Positions 28,870 through 38,364 of a stretch of 64,000 nucleotides of DNA are shown here, in pieces. Each line of letters begins with the position of its first letter. The stretch's first letter is position 1. The notes below the pieces were generated by a model. It ran no database searches. It was given only the letters and a program-made list of their open reading frames with translations, and was not told the DNA's origin. Position numbers and translations under genes: made by a program. Origin of the DNA: an uncultured Chloroflexia bacterium (GTDB taxonomy: Bacteria; Chloroflexota; Limnocylindria; Limnocylindrales; CSP1-4); the NCBI GenBank assembly GCA_963833225.1, contig CAWHXD010000008.1:448001-512000 (forward strand), written 5' to 3'.

Positions 28870-29676
28870 TTACGGCAGACGGGAGTCCAGTGCCCTGTCC
28901 AGGATCCGGCCTTGAGCGCCGAGGATCGCTCGCGCGAACTTGGCGTTGAGGTGTTCGCCGTCTCGGAACTTCGTGATCCCGTGGGTTGACGCTGAACAGG
29001 GCCATCTCTTGCAGATGTCCTTGGTCAGGTTGATGCGACTGTTGCCGCTGTAGGCGGCGGCGACCTTCTCGATCGCGCCCATGTCACCCCTGCTCGACTG
29101 TCCGCGGCGGGGCGAGTCGACGATGAGGGCGACCTGGCCCGGGACCTTCCTGAGCATCCGGCCCTCCGCGCGGCCCTTGGCCTTGTTCGAGCGCTGCGAC
29201 GCGAGCACGGGGTGGATCGCGTATCGGCTCTGGGCGACAAGCGTCAGGGTCGGCTTCAACTTGTTGAGGCGAGCGACGACGTTCTTGTTCCACGTCGCGC
29301 ACTCGGTGTACTCGCGACCCAGATAGAGGTTGCGGATGCGCATGTCGAGGAAGCCACAAGAGACCTTGACCATCACGACCAGCTTCCAGTGGCGGGCGAC
29401 CGCGATGCGCTCGATGGCGGGGAAGAGATGCGACATGTGCGAGTCGCCGACCAGCGCGATGACGGTCTGGCTTGTCTTGTCGCCGTAGACGCACTTGGTA
29501 TTGGGCGTCAGGATCCGTTCCCAGGCCAGGCAGTTGTCATTCCAGAGTCGCTCGTACGACCTGGGGTACGACGCCTCGGCGGTCGACACACCTCCGACGA
29601 ACCCCGTCGACAGCACGATCGCGGCCAGCAGCGATGCGAGACCGACGGTGCGGAAGGGGCTCGAGAATGTGACCAC
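28870..29676 (-). CDS. Secreted stand-alone SGNH-domain protein (OafA C-terminal type)
   Basis: Signal peptide; ALVGDSH; KVSC; FRDGEHL (DxxH). Confidence 0.85.
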   Translation of the reverse strand: MVTFSSPFRTVGLASLLAAIVLSTGFVGGVSTAEASYPRSYERLWNDNCLAWERILTPNTKCVYGDKTSQTVIALVGDSHMSHLFPAIERIAVARHWKLVVMVKVSCGFLDMRIRNLYLGREYTECATWNKNVVARLNKLKPTLTLVAQSRYAIHPVLASQRSNKAKGRAEGRMLRKVPGQVALIVDSPRRGQSSRGDMGAIEKVAAAYSGNSRINLTKDICKRWPCSASTHGITKFRDGEHLNAKFARAILGAQGRILDRALDSRLP

Positions 29677-29807
29677 GGGAGATTGGCCCTCTGCGACGTG
29701 GCGAACCGAGGCTGTGGCCTCTTGAGCCTATCCCCTTCTGATGCGGGAAGTCTGGGGTAGACTCCGCGGCGATAGTACTAGTCCGCCATTGCCCCATTGG
29801 AGGCCAG

Positions 29808-30677
29808 GTGACGGGACCGAACCTGAGGCGCGGCTGGGCCGGCTGGAGCGCGATGCTCGCGATCGCCTTCGCGACCCTCGTCCTGGCGTTGAGCCTGCCC
29901 CCGAGTTCGCCGGTCAGGGGCGGCGATGTCCTGGCGGCCATCGCGACACCCGTGTCCACGCCACCGGCAACCGCTTCGTCCGCGCCCGCCACGCGGCCGG
30001 GCCGGACGCCCTCGCCCATCTCGGAGGACATCCAGCAATCGCGGCCCACCCCGACGCGGCCCGTTGTCGAGGTATCACAACCCACCGCGATCAGCGTCAT
30101 CAAGCGGGGCAAGGCCATCCCGACGGGCGGTACCGCGGTCTTTCTGGGCGACTCCTACACGACAGGCTGGAACGGGGCCGGACTCGATGTTCGGGGATGG
30201 CCGCGACTGGTGGCTGCCGAGTACGGCTGGAAGGTCGTGAACCTCGCGGTGGCTGGGACAGGGTTCATGAACCCAGGCTGGACGGGCCAGCCGGTCGCAT
30301 CGAGGGTCCGTGCGGCCGTGCGCGCGAGGCCCGACATCGTGTTCATCGCGGCTGGGCACAACAATTCGCGCTGGTCGGCGTCGACGACGGCGGCGGCGGC
30401 CGATGCGGTGGTCACCAAGCTCCGCGCGGCGCTCCCCGATGCCACGATCGTGATCATCGCCCCGATCTGGCAGGATGGGACTCCACCGGCTCGCTGCCTG
30501 ACGCTGCGGGATCGTCTCAGGCGCACAGCTCGCGCAAACGGCGCCCGGTTCATCGACCCACTCGCCGAGGGCTGGTTCGCGGGCAGCTCGCATCGCTTCA
30601 TCACCGCCGACGGGATCCATCCGTCGGACCGCGGCCATCGGTTCATCGCCAACCGGGTGCTGGCTGACCTGGAGTAG
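29808..30677 (+). CDS. Exported SGNH/GDSL hydrolase
   Basis: FLGDSY, AVAGTG, AGHNN, DGIHP; Pro/Thr linker. Confidence 0.88.
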   Translation: MTGPNLRRGWAGWSAMLAIAFATLVLALSLPPSSPVRGGDVLAAIATPVSTPPATASSAPATRPGRTPSPISEDIQQSRPTPTRPVVEVSQPTAISVIKRGKAIPTGGTAVFLGDSYTTGWNGAGLDVRGWPRLVAAEYGWKVVNLAVAGTGFMNPGWTGQPVASRVRAAVRARPDIVFIAAGHNNSRWSASTTAAAADAVVTKLRAALPDATIVIIAPIWQDGTPPARCLTLRDRLRRTARANGARFIDPLAEGWFAGSSHRFITADGIHPSDRGHRFIANRVLADLE

Positions 30678-30938
30678 GCCTCGGCTGGCCAGGCGGCAGA
30701 CCTCGGCTGGCGGAGCTGGACATCGGGTTGCGAGCGGCGCCAGGCGGCGCAGATGTCATCCGGGGCGATGTGTTCCCAGCCAGTGAGCGGCCTGAGACGG
30801 GCTTCACGGCGGCCGACAGCCCGGTCGTGTCGTCGAGGGCGCGGATCGAGCGAGAGCTGAGCGCACCGCTGAGCCCCGGACCATCGGACGTACGAACGGG
30901 TCCCGGACGGGGCGCCCTCGCGCCACGACGATGCAGTC

Positions 30939-33104
30939 GTGACCACCAGCGAACCCACCAGGGCGGGCAGCGGCTTCCGATCCGACGTCGAAGGTCTTCG
31001 CGGCCTGGCTGTCGGTGTCGTCGTGCTGTTCCACGCCGGGCTTCTCGGCCTCGTGGGCGGCTTCATCGGCGTCGACGTCTTCTTCGTCATCAGTGGCTTC
31101 CTGATCACTGGGCTGCTGCTGCGCGAGCACGACCGAAGCGGCCGGATCAACCTCTTGAAGTTCTACGCGCGTCGCGTCCGCCGGCTGCTGCCCGCAGCCA
31201 CCGTCGTCCTCGTTGCGACGCTGTTCGTCTCGCTCAACCTGGTCGCGCCCCTTGATCGACCGGCGGTCGGTCTCGACGCTGCCGCTGCCGCCATGTCGAT
31301 CGGCAACGTCCGGTTCGCGATGGCCGCCGGCGACTACTTCACGAGCGTCGCCGCCCCGTCGCCGTTCCTCCACTTCTGGAGCCTTGCCGTTGAAGAGCAG
31401 TTCTACCTCATCTGGCCGGCCCTGATCCTCCTGGTCGCCCGTGGCGTCCACGCTCGTCGACGGGTGTTGATCGCCCTCGCTGGAGTCGCCATCGCTTCGT
31501 TCGCAGCCAACCTGTTCCTCACCGACGCGGCCGCCAACTGGGCCTTCTACTCCCTTCCGACGCGGGCCTGGGAGCTGGGGCTCGGTGGCCTGCTTGCCGC
31601 CGGCTCCGTCGCCGTCGCCAAGGTCCCTGATCGTATCGTCGGGATCGGCGGCTGGGTCGGCCTCGCGGCGATCGGCGTCGCGACCTTCGCCTACAGTTCA
31701 GGCCTCGCGTACCCGGGCATCGCGGCCGTCCTGCCGGCCGTCGGCACCGTCCTTCTCCTGGCGGGCGGCACGCGCCGCCTTGGACCGGGAAGGCTGATGT
31801 CGCTCAGGCCGCTGCGCTTCCTCGGCGCGATCAGCTATTCCCTCTACCTCGTGCACTGGCCCATCCTCGTGCTCGCGCCGTTCGTCCTCGGCGCGCCGGC
31901 GGATGGCCCTACGCTTGTCGGCCTCGTCGCCTTGTCGATCGCGGTCGCCTACGTCTGCCAGAGGCTCGTCGAGACGCCGTTCCGCACCGGTCTGCCGCGA
32001 CTGACCCTCCAGCCGGGGCGCACGGTCTCGATCGGCCTCGCCTCGATCGCTGCGGTCGTCGCTCTCGCCGCCGGGCCGTCCATCAGCGCATCGCCGACCG
32101 ATACCGCCATCGCCGCCGGTCCCGACGCGGTCCTGGTCGCCGAGGCCGAGGACGAGCCGTGGGTCGACGAGGTGGACCAGACGATGGTGGCGCCGACCGA
32201 GGACAACACGGCCCCCGGGACGGCCGCACCGACCACCACGCCCGGCACACCGACCGTCGCACCGACCGTCGCACCGACCGCCACACCCGTTCGCGACATC
32301 GCGAACACCGGCTCGCTGCCGAGCGACGTCAAGCCGTCCCTCAGCCGTGCCCGCGGCGACGAGGAGCGTCTCCGTGCCGACGGGTGTCTTGCCTTCGAGG
32401 GTGTCACCAACCCGCCCAACTGCATCTACGGCAACAAGAGCGGCGACTTCACCGTCGCGCTCGTCGGCGACTCCCACGCTGCTCACTGGTTCCCAGCACT
32501 CGAGCGTCTCGCCAAGCACGAGGGCTGGAAGATCGTCACCTTCGTCAAGGTCTCGTGCCCGTTCATCGACATGCCGGTTCGCAACCTGGCTCTCAAGCGC
32601 GAGTACCGCGAGTGCGCCGACTTCAACGACGCGACGATCGCCCGGCTCAAGGCTCTCAAGCCCGACCTGACCCTGGTCTCGATGAGCCGGATGGCGATCC
32701 ACCCCATGACCGCCGGCGACGACACGATCGCAGCTCGCGGCGCGGCCATCGCCCGAATGATCGCCAAGGTCCCCGGCAAGACCGCGGTCATCGTCGACAC
32801 GCCGTACGCCAAGAGAGACGTCCCCGGCTGCCTGTCCGCCCACCAGGACAACGCCGACGCATGCTCGATCCCGCCCGGGACCGCGTTCGCCGGTGACTTC
32901 GGCAAGGCCGAGGCCGTCGCGGCCACGGCCAGCGGCGCCGGGATCATCGACCTCACCGCCAAGTTCGTCCTCGACACCGGTCCTGTGCCGGTCGTGATTA
33001 ACGGGATGATCGTCTACCGCGACGAATGCCACATGACAGCGACCTTCTCCAAGGCGCTTGGCCCGGCGCTCGGTGCCGCGATCCAGGTCTTCCTTGCCAA
33101 CTGA
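30939..33104 (+). CDS. Acyltransferase-3 + SGNH fusion (OafA/OatA-like O-acetyltransferase)
   Basis: FRSDVEGLRG, GVDVFFVISG, HFWSLAVEEQFY, ISYSLYLVHWP; GDSH...YRDECH. Confidence 0.93.
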   Translation: MTTSEPTRAGSGFRSDVEGLRGLAVGVVVLFHAGLLGLVGGFIGVDVFFVISGFLITGLLLREHDRSGRINLLKFYARRVRRLLPAATVVLVATLFVSLNLVAPLDRPAVGLDAAAAAMSIGNVRFAMAAGDYFTSVAAPSPFLHFWSLAVEEQFYLIWPALILLVARGVHARRRVLIALAGVAIASFAANLFLTDAAANWAFYSLPTRAWELGLGGLLAAGSVAVAKVPDRIVGIGGWVGLAAIGVATFAYSSGLAYPGIAAVLPAVGTVLLLAGGTRRLGPGRLMSLRPLRFLGAISYSLYLVHWPILVLAPFVLGAPADGPTLVGLVALSIAVAYVCQRLVETPFRTGLPRLTLQPGRTVSIGLASIAAVVALAAGPSISASPTDTAIAAGPDAVLVAEAEDEPWVDEVDQTMVAPTEDNTAPGTAAPTTTPGTPTVAPTVAPTATPVRDIANTGSLPSDVKPSLSRARGDEERLRADGCLAFEGVTNPPNCIYGNKSGDFTVALVGDSHAAHWFPALERLAKHEGWKIVTFVKVSCPFIDMPVRNLALKREYRECADFNDATIARLKALKPDLTLVSMSRMAIHPMTAGDDTIAARGAAIARMIAKVPGKTAVIVDTPYAKRDVPGCLSAHQDNADACSIPPGTAFAGDFGKAEAVAATASGAGIIDLTAKFVLDTGPVPVVINGMIVYRDECHMTATFSKALGPALGAAIQVFLAN

Positions 33105-33514
33105 CCCCGCGACCGCGGACCCGGGTTGGTGCTGACGGCGGGTTACGACGGCCGCCCGTCGGCGCGTCCCCCATCGAGGTCCTCGACGAACTCGCGGGCC
33201 GGTTGCGCCGGCGCCATCGCGAGTCGAATGAACGCAGCCCTGGCGACGTAGGCGGGTCGTAGCCCAGCTCACCGACCGAGACGCGGCGGGGACGCACGCG
33301 CTGCCACGCCCGCTCAATCGCATTGCCGACCGAGTGGATTGGCCAACTTGGCCATGACTCTTGACTCGGCCGGGAGTCCCGGCCGATCCTCTCTCGCACC
33401 ACCCGGCACTGCCGACCCTCCACGCCCCGGTCATCGACTTCCTCGCCGAATGGCTGCATCCGGGCTCTGGTGCGGGCCGGCAAACGAGCGAGCCACCTCG
33501 CCGCCGCAGGAGAG

Positions 33515-34444
33515 ATGACGATGGAGACACGCCGCTTCGGACGCCTCGGCCACCTGACCTCGGTACTCGTCTACGGCGGGGCGGGGCTGGCTGACGTACC
33601 CGACGAGGTCGCGGATCGCTCCATCGAGCTCGCCCTGGAAGCCGGGATCAACCACTTCGACACCGCCGCGGACTATGGCGACTCGGAGCTCCACCTGGGG
33701 CGCTGGATGGGCCGGATCCGGGACCGCATCTTCCTCGCGACCAAGACCGGCGACCGGACGTCGAGCGGCGCCTACGACAGCATCCGTCGCTCGCTCGAGC
33801 GCCTTCGGGTGAGCCACGTGGACCTGATCCAGCTCCACGCTGTCGGCGATCTCGAGGACCTGGACAGGGCCACACGGTCGGGAGGGGCGATCGAGGGTGC
33901 CGTGAAGGCACGGGAGGAGGGACTCGTCGGCGGGATCGGCATCACCGGGCACGGGATGGCTGCGCCCGCCACGCATCTCGAAGCCCTGCGGAGGTTCCCG
34001 TTCGACTCGGTCATCACGCCCTGGAACTACCGCCTCGCGCAGGATGCGCGGTACCAGCACGACGTTGACGCCCTGCTGGAGGAGATCACGGCGCAGGACG
34101 TGGGCCTGCGCGTGATCAAGACCATCGCTCGGAACCTCTGGAAGACATCCGAGGGCGCCACCTACGCGACCTGGTATGAGCCGATGGACGAGCAGGCATA
34201 CGTGACCGCTGCCGTGGCATTCGTGCTCGCCCGGCCCGAGGTCACCGGCATCTGCACCGCCGGCGACGTGCGGCTGCTGCCGCTGCTCATCCAGGCCGAG
34301 CACGACCGGGGATCCATGTCGTCGGGCCAGGTCGGGTCGATGTTGTCGGGCCTGCCCGGGTACGAGTCGCTGTTCGTCAGGGTCGGTGGTCGCGAGATCC
34401 CAGACTGGCTCGAGCCGCTGATGGAGGAAGGTCTGGGACGATGA
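33515..34444 (+). CDS. Aldo/keto reductase
   Basis: GINHFDTAADYG, FLATKT, SLERL...DLIQLH, IGITGH. AGGAG RBS. Confidence 0.92.
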   Translation: MTMETRRFGRLGHLTSVLVYGGAGLADVPDEVADRSIELALEAGINHFDTAADYGDSELHLGRWMGRIRDRIFLATKTGDRTSSGAYDSIRRSLERLRVSHVDLIQLHAVGDLEDLDRATRSGGAIEGAVKAREEGLVGGIGITGHGMAAPATHLEALRRFPFDSVITPWNYRLAQDARYQHDVDALLEEITAQDVGLRVIKTIARNLWKTSEGATYATWYEPMDEQAYVTAAVAFVLARPEVTGICTAGDVRLLPLLIQAEHDRGSMSSGQVGSMLSGLPGYESLFVRVGGREIPDWLEPLMEEGLGR

Positions 34445-34542
34445 TGTCGTGCCAGCCGCGAGGGCAAGGCCGTCGCGGTCTGGAAGGCCGCGACCGATCA
34501 GGGTGCGGCGGGCAGGAGCCTCCCGTCTACTGCAACGGCGAG

Positions 34543-34746
34543 GTGAGTCCACGACCGAGCTGGCACTCCCCCGCCCTGTTTCGTTCACGCGCTTGGGTGA
34601 AGCTCACGCCGATTGAGTGCCAGGGCTGCAGGCGCGACGTCGAGCGGAGCTCGCCGGTTCAGCGGTACTGCCGGGACTGCGCCGCTGCACGTGGGCGCGG
34701 TCGGAGCCGCGAGGCCATGGCACTGCGGCGGGGCCACGGACCATGA
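34543..34746 (+). CDS. Small putative zinc-ribbon protein
   Basis: CQGC-x13-CRDC followed by a basic tail. Start codon uncertain. Confidence 0.4.
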   Translation: MSPRPSWHSPALFRSRAWVKLTPIECQGCRRDVERSSPVQRYCRDCAAARGRGRSREAMALRRGHGP

Positions 34747-35010
34747 GAGGACTTCGCTGGCGATCCTCCTCCAACGCCGCGAACAGGTCCGCCGCGGAGA
34801 GATGGAGCGCTCGCGGCGAGCTGGCTGGATTCCCGGTCTCGACGATCGCCCAGCCGGGTCGACCGTCAGGTCAGCGCACTCCCGCGCAACAGGCTCGCCC
34901 CGCGCGATGGGGTTTGTGATCAGGGCGTCGAGGCGGGCGCTCACCATGGCTGTGAGCCGTGAGGCCGTGGTCCATGCAAGAGGTTCGAGCATCGTGCGGA
35001 CCCTGCGCCG

Positions 35011-36339
35011 TCAGGCGCGAAGGTCGGTTCGCGGGGCCGTGGCACGAGCACGCAGGAACGCGATGGCGGTGAACCGGCCCGCCGCGTTGAGCGCGGTGGT
35101 GTTCGGCCCGGCCGGCCGCCCGCCTTCCCACTTCGCGCGGACCTCGTCCAGCAGGCCGAACAACCGCCAGTGGTAGAGGGCACGGTGGACCGCCAACCCA
35201 GCCTGCCGAGCCGTGACCGGGACGCCGTTCGCCGCCCAGCCCTGCGCTGCGACGATCGGCCCGATCTCCCGTTCGAGCGCGTCGTCGAGGACCGGGCCAT
35301 CGAGGAGCCGGTGTGCGACGAGCTCGCTGAGCATCGCGAGGTACTCGTCCTCGCACGCGAGCGTTGCCGCGATCGCATGCCACAGGCCGACGGTGTCGTC
35401 CACGAGCCCCGTGCCACGTGGGGAGACAGCGAGTCTCCGTGACCTCTTCGACACGAGGTGCAGGCGCGCGGCGGTCTGCCGGAGGACGGCCATCTGGTGG
35501 ACGTCCGCCTCGGTCCGCGGCTGTCCCGGCCATTCCCACCAGCCGAACCGTCCGACGGCCTCGCGCACGCTGGCGGGCGACAGGTAGCCGGCCGGGGTCA
35601 GCGTGACACCCGCTGCGCACGTCTGGAGGAGCCAGCGCATCGGCGCGACCGCGGCGGCGACGTCCGACGGCCGCACGTCGGGGGGTGTCAGGCTCAGCGT
35701 CCGCTCACGCCAGGCCTGCAGGGCCGGCGGCCGCGCGAGCCGGACCCACGTGTCGACGCGTTCATCGAGGACTGCCTGGAGGACGGTCCGTTGTGCGCCA
35801 CCACCGGCAGGCGTCAGGAGCGTCTGGTTGCAGACCTCGGCGGCGACGCGCCGCCACCCGCCCCTCCCGGGCTGGAGCTCGCCGGCCGTGATCGCGCGTT
35901 CCAGCGCGTGTTCCACCGCTTGACGGGCAAGAGACTCCTCGAGGCCGAGGACCTCGCCCCATGCCAGGAGATCGGTGTCCGGCGGTTCGACGCCCGATGC
36001 GGATCGCGCCGCCCGGAACCCCGCGAACCCCTTCGCGGGCGAGCGTTCCCACGCGTCGAGGATCGCCGTCGTCGTGGGCGATCGAGCGATCGCGGCGTAG
36101 CGGTCGAGCCCGAGAAGCGACAGCAGGACGCCGGCTGCCTCCGTCACCGGACGCCACGTGTCTGCCGGATGCTTCCTGGGCACCTCGTACCAGAGGAAGA
36201 CCTGGAGACCAGCCTGGCTGATGAGCTCCTCGCCCTCGCCCGCGGTCAGGCCGTCTGCGGCGGCGCGCATCCAGATCGCCAGCTGCGGGTCGTGCCGGTC
36301 GATGGCGGCGATCACCGCGTCGACATGGTCGGCGGTCAC
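35011..36339 (-). CDS. Hypothetical protein; C-terminal half resembles the N-terminal region of actinobacterial pRiA4b ORF-3-like proteins
   Basis: GGAGG then GTG at 36339. Motifs GVTLTPAGYL.P..V and PRTEADV...LR. The family call is from recall. Confidence 0.6.
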   Translation of the reverse strand: MTADHVDAVIAAIDRHDPQLAIWMRAAADGLTAGEGEELISQAGLQVFLWYEVPRKHPADTWRPVTEAAGVLLSLLGLDRYAAIARSPTTTAILDAWERSPAKGFAGFRAARSASGVEPPDTDLLAWGEVLGLEESLARQAVEHALERAITAGELQPGRGGWRRVAAEVCNQTLLTPAGGGAQRTVLQAVLDERVDTWVRLARPPALQAWRERTLSLTPPDVRPSDVAAAVAPMRWLLQTCAAGVTLTPAGYLSPASVREAVGRFGWWEWPGQPRTEADVHQMAVLRQTAARLHLVSKRSRRLAVSPRGTGLVDDTVGLWHAIAATLACEDEYLAMLSELVAHRLLDGPVLDDALEREIGPIVAAQGWAANGVPVTARQAGLAVHRALYHWRLFGLLDEVRAKWEGGRPAGPNTTALNAAGRFTAIAFLRARATAPRTDLRA

Positions 36340-36439
36340 GCCTTCCAGCGCCCGCCGGCAGTGTCCCAGGTCGCGACACCGTCCGATCGCGAAGATCCAG
36401 AACCAGTCTCCGCAGCACGATCGTGCGGCTCGAGCTTGC

Positions 36440-37390
36440 TCAAGGTTCGTCAACCTGGAGATCACGCGGAGCAGGGACACTCTCCGTCGCGCTCAGCCTC
36501 TCGCTCCTCCACAGCTGCCGCACCGGGTCCCATGCCATACCCACGGTGCCGAAGTAGACCGGCTCGAGGAACCGACGGATCGAGGACGCGGCGGCGGCCG
36601 CCGTCGGCTCCGCAAGATCGAGTTCGGCTCGCCACGCCGCGTAGGGTCGAGCCCAAGACTCCGGCGGCCCATCGATGATGGGCGGCCACGGATGGGTCGA
36701 GCGCCGCTCGAAGGTCGCCACACATGCCCTCGCCAGGGGCTCCGATCGGAACGTGAAGTGGCGCATGAACCAGGCGAGGTCGACAAGATCGCGCGCCCGC
36801 GTGTTCTCGACATCGCGTGGGAGCGTCAGGGCATGGAGCTTCTCGGCGACGTGCTGATTGATCGGGTAGACCGGGAACCGAGACCGGCGAAAGCCGAGCC
36901 CCTCGAGGACTGGATCGGAGAAGTGGGACTCGAGCTCGCCGACGACCACGTCAGCCGCACTGACATCGACCTTGAAGCGGACCAGCTCGGTGCCAGCGAG
37001 GCGCGCGACGACGGCGAACCGGAGACCGCCGCCTGGTGGGCCGTCCAAGGGTGCCGGGGGCAGCGCGACCTCGTAGCTGAAGTCATCGGCCACGTCGACG
37101 GCAAAGCCGGTGGCCAGAAGCTCGGGCGCGGTCTCGATGGCGGCGTCGATCCTGAGGTCGAGATCCTCGGTGAACCGGGCGTCGCCCGGACGTCGAAGCT
37201 GGTTGGCGTAGCCGCCCTTCACGACCCATCGTCCGGGTGCGGCTGCAAGCAGGCGGACGAGGAGGCGGTCGACCGCGACGACGAGATGGATCCGCCGCGG
37301 GACCACGCCGGCATCCCGTGCGGCGTTGCCCATCCGGACGAGGAGACTGGTCCGTCGGCCGGCCGGCGTTCCGCCCCGCGGAGTCGTCAC
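36440..37390 (-). CDS. abiEii: AbiEii nucleotidyltransferase toxin (type IV TA)
   Basis: WVVKGG, RFTEDLD, AEKLHA, RARDLVD. GTGA overlap with the antitoxin gene. Confidence 0.88.
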   Translation of the reverse strand: MTTPRGGTPAGRRTSLLVRMGNAARDAGVVPRRIHLVVAVDRLLVRLLAAAPGRWVVKGGYANQLRRPGDARFTEDLDLRIDAAIETAPELLATGFAVDVADDFSYEVALPPAPLDGPPGGGLRFAVVARLAGTELVRFKVDVSAADVVVGELESHFSDPVLEGLGFRRSRFPVYPINQHVAEKLHALTLPRDVENTRARDLVDLAWFMRHFTFRSEPLARACVATFERRSTHPWPPIIDGPPESWARPYAAWRAELDLAEPTAAAAASSIRRFLEPVYFGTVGMAWDPVRQLWRSERLSATESVPAPRDLQVDEP

Positions 37391-37935
37391 AGCCCGGAGC
37401 CCGCGAAGGGCGGGTATCGTCGAAGCTCGGCCAGGTCGTCGGGCGTGAGCATCGCCCGCGCTCGGGCAGCGCGAGTAGCCGAAACGAGCTGGTCGGGATC
37501 GGCGCCTTCGCGGGCGGCATCGAGCAGGGCGCGACGGGCGGTGCTGACCCATAGGCCGTCGCGGAGGGCTCGGTCGATCGTGGCGCCGTGACGCGAGCGG
37601 TGGAGCGTGATGCCCGGACGGAGTCTGCGTCGGGACGTCTCCGGGATCGTGAAGTGGATGGTCGAGGGGATGATGTCCGTCAGCCCGAGCAGGGTCAGCG
37701 CCGTCTGGTGGCTGAACGTGCCGAACGGCGCGATGGCCTGCAGCGCGTATAACTCATCCGCCGCGTCGGCGGGCCAGTGCGGCAGGCGGTAGAGGCCGTG
37801 GCCCACTCGCTCGGCAGAGCCGTGCTGCGCGCGCCATGTCAGTGCCCGCCGGCTGAGCCCGTGCCCAGCAGCCTGAGCGGTCGTGAAGTAGCCGTGCTGC
37901 GCCGCCGCGGTGGAGAGGAGGTCATCCCATGACAT
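37387..37935 (-). CDS. abiEi: AbiEi antitoxin (type IV TA)
   Basis: AAAQHGYFTTAQA, ERVGHGLYRL, SHQTAL, RALLD. Confidence 0.88.
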   Translation of the reverse strand: MSWDDLLSTAAAQHGYFTTAQAAGHGLSRRALTWRAQHGSAERVGHGLYRLPHWPADAADELYALQAIAPFGTFSHQTALTLLGLTDIIPSTIHFTIPETSRRRLRPGITLHRSRHGATIDRALRDGLWVSTARRALLDAAREGADPDQLVSATRAARARAMLTPDDLAELRRYPPFAGSGL

Positions 37936-37942
37936 GCGCCAA

Positions 37943-37961
37943 TGTTACGCATTCCGTAACA
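37943..37961. promoter_or_regulatory. Inverted repeat, probable AbiEi operator
   Basis: TGTTACG-N5-CGTAACA, 7 nt upstream of the abiEi ATG. AbiEi proteins autorepress via promoter inverted repeats. Confidence 0.55.
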
Positions 37962-37971
37962 ATAGGGCAAG

Positions 37972-38046
37972 TGGCTCCGGCGGTAGGATTCGAACCTACG
38001 ACCAAGTGATTAACAGTCACCCGCTCTACCACTGAGCTACGCCGGA
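37972..38046 (-). tRNA. tRNA-Asn(GTT)
   Basis: TCCGGCG acceptor stem, GCTCAGTGGTAGAGC D-arm, anticodon loop CTGTTAA, GTTCGAATC T-loop, encoded CCA; 75 nt. Confidence 0.98.
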
Positions 38047-38364
38047 GCGAAGAGGCCGGACGGCCGGTCTCGGGGCGCCGTCGCGGCGCCGCGGGTGAGG
38101 ATAGCAGGGTCGCTGGCGCCACGAGGCCGCCACGAGGTCCCCCGTGGCCGGACCAATGGAGCCCCTGATCGCGATGCGGTTCAGATCCAGCGCCCCTACG
38201 CGGGGATCGCGCGGCGAAACCCGGGTTTCGGATCCTGGCTCGTGCGTGAAGGGGCCGACCCTGATGCAGATGGCGATCACGGGATCCGCGGACACCGCCC
38301 TCACCGTGGTCGCCAACGCGGGAACGGACGCTCAGCGAACCGGGACCACCCTAGACTGGCTGCC

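Noticed and set aside
29677-29807. Riboswitch between the divergent SGNH genes
   Set aside because: No recognisable c-di-GMP, c-di-AMP or other consensus by eye. An Infernal scan would be needed.
33105-33514. Gene or ncRNA between the acyltransferase and the aldo/keto reductase
   Set aside because: No frame has convincing coding character. Only a short TTGGCCAA palindrome is present, which is insufficient support.
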